From positions 480,001-544,000 of the forward strand of contig CBDCNQ010000004.1 in assembly GCA_965219445.1 (NCBI GenBank): a stretch of 64,000 nt of DNA. Reading direction: 5' to 3'. Positions 60,314 to 64,000 of this stretch are shown piece by piece. The translations under genes and the position numbers were made by a program. Numbering within the stretch: the first letter of the stretch is position 1; each line of letters begins with the position of its first letter. Source of the DNA: Longimicrobiales bacterium. GTDB taxonomy: Bacteria; Gemmatimonadota; Gemmatimonadetes; Longimicrobiales; Gaopeijiaceae. The notes beneath the pieces are model-generated. The model was not told where the DNA came from and did no database searches. It saw only the letters and a program-made list of their open reading frames with translations.

Positions 60314-60732
60314 GCCCCGGCCTCTCCCTTGAACCGCAGGACCATGGTCACTGAATTTCCCTGGGCATTGAACCGCACTTCATCCATCAGGGCCTTCATC
60401 AAGAAGATCCCACGACCCCCGGTCTTGGAGATGTTGTCCGGAAGAGTGGGATCGGGCACCGTCGTGGGATCAAACCCCATGCCCTGGTCCGTGACTCGCA
60501 CCGCGACCTCTTCGACCCTGATATCGACTTCGACCCGAACGCGCTTCCGGGGGTCGCTGCCATTGCCATAAAGCATGGCGTTGGAAAGGGCCTCGGTGAG
60601 TCCGACGCGAAAATTCAGGTTGAAACGGCGGGCGTAATCACAGCAAGTGGAGCAGTGCCGCGTGACATACTCGACCGCATGTTCGATCGAACGAATGTCG
60701 TTCGGCAACTCTAAAACGAGTTCCTGGTCCAC
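60310..60732 (-). CDS. Anti-sigma factor / Ser kinase (RsbW-like HATPase)
   Basis: EALSNA..YGN, VTDQGMGFD, GGRGIFLMKALMDEV. Confidence 0.9.
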   Translation of the reverse strand: MDQELVLELPNDIRSIEHAVEYVTRHCSTCCDYARRFNLNFRVGLTEALSNAMLYGNGSDPRKRVRVEVDIRVEEVAVRVTDQGMGFDPTTVPDPTLPDNISKTGGRGIFLMKALMDEVRFNAQGNSVTMVLRFKGEAGA

Positions 60733-60763
60733 CTACTATCCTCCGCTGGATCCGGACGGATTC

Positions 60764-61096
60764 CTAGAGCCCCTCGAGCGCCTCTTCCCGTGAATCGGCG
60801 ATCGTGAAGAGGGTGTCCAGCTTCGTGAGCTCGAACAGGGTTCTCAGGTCTTCGTTAAGGCTGGCCAAGCGGAACTCACCCTCCTGCTCACGAATCTTCT
60901 TGGAGAGAGACACAAGCACACCCAAACCGGAGGAGTCGATGTAGCCTGTCTCAGAAAAATTCACCACGAACCTGCGTTCCCCCTTCTCAAGCTCATCGAG
61001 GACTTTTTGCTTCAACTCCTGGCGATTCCCGACGATGAGCTGCCCTTCAACATCGATGACCGTCACGTCTCCCGACTTGCTCACCTGGAATGCCAT
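60764..61096 (-). CDS. Anti-sigma factor antagonist (STAS, RsbV-like)
   Basis: YIDSSGLGVLV phospho-Ser motif; LFELTKL. Confidence 0.92.
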   Translation of the reverse strand: MAFQVSKSGDVTVIDVEGQLIVGNRQELKQKVLDELEKGERRFVVNFSETGYIDSSGLGVLVSLSKKIREQEGEFRLASLNEDLRTLFELTKLDTLFTIADSREEALEGL

Positions 61097-61270
61097 GGGT
61101 CCTCCGCTTAGGTTGGGGCGCCCGGCAACGCGGCCTCGCACGCCGAACGGGTAAAAACGATAAGAGATAGCGACCCACCGAGGCAATACTCACGTTTTGT
61201 CGCTTTACACCGTCTCGTTCCGTCAACCCGTATCATCGGTGGAATTCCACGGTTCGCGGGCCCTCGGAAC

Positions 61271-61771
61271 TCACCCCTCCGTAGGCCTACGCAACCGCCG
61301 TAAAACGGGTTCGGAAACAAACCGGGATACGTCGCCCCCAAGACGGGAGACCTCCCGGACGAGGGACGCGGAAAGGAAAGAATACTTCTGATCGGGGGTG
61401 AGGAATACGGTCTCGGCCTCACTCCACAACTCCCGGTTCATCTGGGCCATCTGAAATTCGTACTCGAAGTCGGAGACGGCCCGCAGGCCCCGGATCACGA
61501 ATTGGGCCCCGAGCTCTTGGGCGAGATCGACAAGGAGGCCTTCGAACTGACACGCCTCGATCCGGTCATCGTCCTGAAAAACCTCCTGGACCATTCCCAG
61601 GCGCTCCTCGACGCTAAAGAGGCTCCCCTTGGCCGGGGATGCCGTGTGAGCGACCGCGACAACCACCCGATCCGCGATGCCCAGTGACCGACGAGCCACA
61701 TCCTCATGCCCCTTGGTGATGGGATCGAACGAGCCCGGATAGATCGCCACAACCGGCTGAACTCGTGTCAT
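61271..61771 (-). CDS. coaD: Phosphopantetheine adenylyltransferase
   Basis: YPGSFDPIT.GH, RGLRAVSDFEYE. Confidence 0.97.
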   Translation of the reverse strand: MTRVQPVVAIYPGSFDPITKGHEDVARRSLGIADRVVVAVAHTASPAKGSLFSVEERLGMVQEVFQDDDRIEACQFEGLLVDLAQELGAQFVIRGLRAVSDFEYEFQMAQMNRELWSEAETVFLTPDQKYSFLSASLVREVSRLGGDVSRFVSEPVLRRLRRPTEG

Positions 61772-62295
61772 GATTTCGCCTCGATAATGGAAATGAGGGT
61801 GTCTCCGTATCGGCGCTGACGGAGCGTGGGAGAGTCCGGAATCGCATCGGTTTTACGATGCTCAACCCAAAGCTGGGACGCAAACGGAGTCGTACCGAAG
61901 TTCTCGATCAAGCGGGCCGCAAACCCCTTCCCGTACGGCGGATCGGCAAGGGCAAGGTCGAAAGATCCGGCCTTCAAGCGGCTCACGTACTCCATGGCAT
62001 CTCCACTCAAGATCTCCACCTCAGGCACAGCACCGAGCAGTTCCGCGTTGTCTCGTATCGTCTTCAAGGAGCCTCGAGCCCTTTCCACGAACACCACGCT
62101 CTCGGCTCCCCGGCTCAACGCCTCGAATCCCAACGCTCCGGAGCCCGCGAAGAGATCCAAGACCCTTGCGCCTTCCAGGCTCGGACTCAGCGCCGCCATC
62201 CACGATTCCCTCACCCGATCAGACGTGGGCCGGACATCGCGCCCGGGAAGGGCCTTGAGACGGCGTCCCCGCCACCGTCCAGCAATGATTCTCAT
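61768..62295 (-). CDS. rsmD: 16S rRNA m2G966 methyltransferase
   Basis: MRIIAG, RPTSDRVRE, DLFAGSG, DPPY. Confidence 0.95.
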   Translation of the reverse strand: MRIIAGRWRGRRLKALPGRDVRPTSDRVRESWMAALSPSLEGARVLDLFAGSGALGFEALSRGAESVVFVERARGSLKTIRDNAELLGAVPEVEILSGDAMEYVSRLKAGSFDLALADPPYGKGFAARLIENFGTTPFASQLWVEHRKTDAIPDSPTLRQRRYGDTLISIIEAKS

Positions 62296-62300
62296 CCTAG

Positions 62301-62621
62301 GAAGGCTGTTGGAGAAGTACAGTGGGCCGCGTTGGGGATGCCACGGTCCCAGACCCTAGGCGGAGCGACGACGCCATAGCATTCGCTACGGCTAGGAGCT
62401 CCAACAACGGGGGCACCGCGCGAAGCGTGGTCGGGGCCGTGCCACCCCAACCCTTCAACGTGTAAGGTCGTGTCATATATGGTCGTGGGCACAGGGCGGT
62501 TGTGCGGTTGATCCTGCGTCTCTCCTCCTCGCCGTAGCGCTGCTACGCCTCGTCGTTGTTCCTTGTCTGAACGCGCACAAGCGCCATGTGCGCGGCCTAC
62601 TGTACTTCTCCAACAGCCTTC
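62301..62621. mobile_element. Non-autonomous MITE-like element with 31-bp terminal inverted repeats
   Basis: GAAGGCTGTTGGAGAAGTACAGTGGGCCGCG at the left end; inverted copy with 1 mismatch at 62591-62621; internal hairpins; no transposase. Confidence 0.85.
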
Positions 62622-64000
62622 TTCGCATCGGCCGAAAGTGGCCGATGCTCGGCGGGTTCCTTCGGCTCCGACCGCCGCACGTCGAGGAGGTGGGCCTCAA
62701 CCCGCCGGCGCCCTCGGAAGACGCCGAGTTTCACCTTGAACACGAGGTCCACCGGGCCTGTTCCGAGGCTTTCGGGAGTGACGCGATCGACGAGCCCGAA
62801 GCCAATGGCGTCGACGGTATGACCGGACTGCGCGATGCGGAGCTTCAGGTGGCCCTTCCCCACTTCCCGGGCCGGACCCGTCAAATCGACCCGACGGGCC
62901 AGGAACACGGGCGCAGGATTACCTACACCGAACGGCCCGAGATAGGAGAGCAGGTGCACGAGGTGCTCCGTCATGGCGGCGAGAGAGATCTCGAGTCGGG
63001 GCCTCAGGACGGGACGTGGCTGCTCCCCCCGAAGGCTCTCTCGGACCTCGGCATTGAACGCGTCCCGGAAGCCCCCGATGCGAGCCGCCGCTATGTCCAT
63101 TCCCGCCGCCGCGCGGTGCCCGCCGAAGCGACCCAAGTGCTCCCGACAGACATGGACCGCCGCGAAGAGATCGAATCCAGGAATCGACCGTGCGCTGCCC
63201 CGCCCCTGCCCATCCGCAACGGCTACCAACACGGTTGGGCGATGGATCCGCTCGACGATCCTCGAAGCGACGATGCCGATCACACCCGGGTGCCACCCCT
63301 CCCCCTCAAGCACGACTCCGAAATCCTCGGCGGGGTCGAACGACTCCTCCAGCTGGTCGAGAGCCTCTCGTAACGTCCGCGCTTCTTCCTTGCGCCTCAG
63401 GTCGTTCGCGTCCTCGAGACGGTCGGCCAGAAGCGACGCATGCGCCACATCGTCCGCCATCAGCAACTCGAGCGCAGTCATCGCTTCCGCCATCCTCCCG
63501 GCGGCGTTGATGCGGGGGGCGATGCGGAACGCGACTTGCCCCGCATCGACCGGTCCCTTGCCGAGTCCGGCGCGCTCCGCGAGGGCCCTTAATCCGGGAA
63601 GCTTCGTCTGAGCCAACGCTTTGAGCCCGTAACGAACCAACGTGCGGTTTTCTTGATTCAGAGGCACCACGTCGGCGATCGTGGCGAGCGCCACCAGATC
63701 GAGCGATGCATACAGCTCCTCCGGGTCGATCCCCTTCTCCTTCACAAGGGATTCGCATAACCGATACGCCACGCCGGTGCCGCAGAGGTCCTTGTTCGGA
63801 TATTCGCAGTCGGCACGATTCGGATTGACGACCGCGAGGGCGGGAGGCAAAGTCTCGGCCGGTTTATGGTGATCGGTGATGATCACATCGAGACCGGCCG
63901 CATTCGCTTCCACCACGGCGTCGTGGGCCCGAATCCCGGAGTCGACCGTGAGGATCAAGCCCGCTCCAGCTTCCGTGGCCGCGCCGATCCCAGCGGCACC
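62597..64000 (-). CDS. recJ: ssDNA exonuclease RecJ (5' part outside the window)
   Basis: TVDSGI, ITDHH, ATIADVVPL, PRINAAGR, GSARS, GGHRAAAG, PFGVGNP. Confidence 0.95.
   Translation of the reverse strand, partial: GAAGIGAATEAGAGLILTVDSGIRAHDAVVEANAAGLDVIITDHHKPAETLPPALAVVNPNRADCEYPNKDLCGTGVAYRLCESLVKEKGIDPEELYASLDLVALATIADVVPLNQENRTLVRYGLKALAQTKLPGLRALAERAGLGKGPVDAGQVAFRIAPRINAAGRMAEAMTALELLMADDVAHASLLADRLEDANDLRRKEEARTLREALDQLEESFDPAEDFGVVLEGEGWHPGVIGIVASRIVERIHRPTVLVAVADGQGRGSARSIPGFDLFAAVHVCREHLGRFGGHRAAAGMDIAAARIGGFRDAFNAEVRESLRGEQPRPVLRPRLEISLAAMTEHLVHLLSYLGPFGVGNPAPVFLARRVDLTGPAREVGKGHLKLRIAQSGHTVDAIGFGLVDRVTPESLGTGPVDLVFKVKLGVFRGRRRVEAHLLDVRRSEPKEPAEHRPLSADAKKAVGEVQ

Overview
GC-rich bacterial chromosome segment, probably Gemmatimonadota (inferred from gene order and a diagnostic Ser/Thr kinase N-terminal fragment, not from a database search). 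Most genes are housekeeping genes on the minus strand. In transcription order these are: recJ-rsmD-coaD; an RsbV/RsbW/RsbU-like partner-switching trio; rsmA-rex-DEDDh exonuclease; thiolase-hbd-leucine dehydrogenase-glyA; nnr-thiL-eno-ftsB; tRNA-Met; tilS-ftsH-cdaA; exbB-exbD-exbD-tonB; yggS-divIVA-ileS-rluD; and the start of the dcw cluster (mraZ-rsmH-ftsL-ftsI-murE-murF-mraY). An accessory stretch (~15.7-25.3 kb) around tRNA-Val holds a complete class IIC group II intron, a duplicated tRNA fragment, gene remnants and a deleted mazEF-like TA module. The best candidate for an undescribed system is the operon at 26983-31637. It encodes a DnaA-derived protein with two tandem AAA+ modules (one intact, one degenerate, no DNA-binding domain), a DUF4388/MshEN-like/TPR protein and an HExxH peptidase-like protein. 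Other highlights are a 321-bp inverted-repeat element inserted without target duplication into the end of recJ, a GLHH-motif IleRS2, clear Rex, Fur-like and MraZ operators, and an unexplained 22-bp-period direct repeat upstream of exbB. All family calls come from motif recognition by eye.
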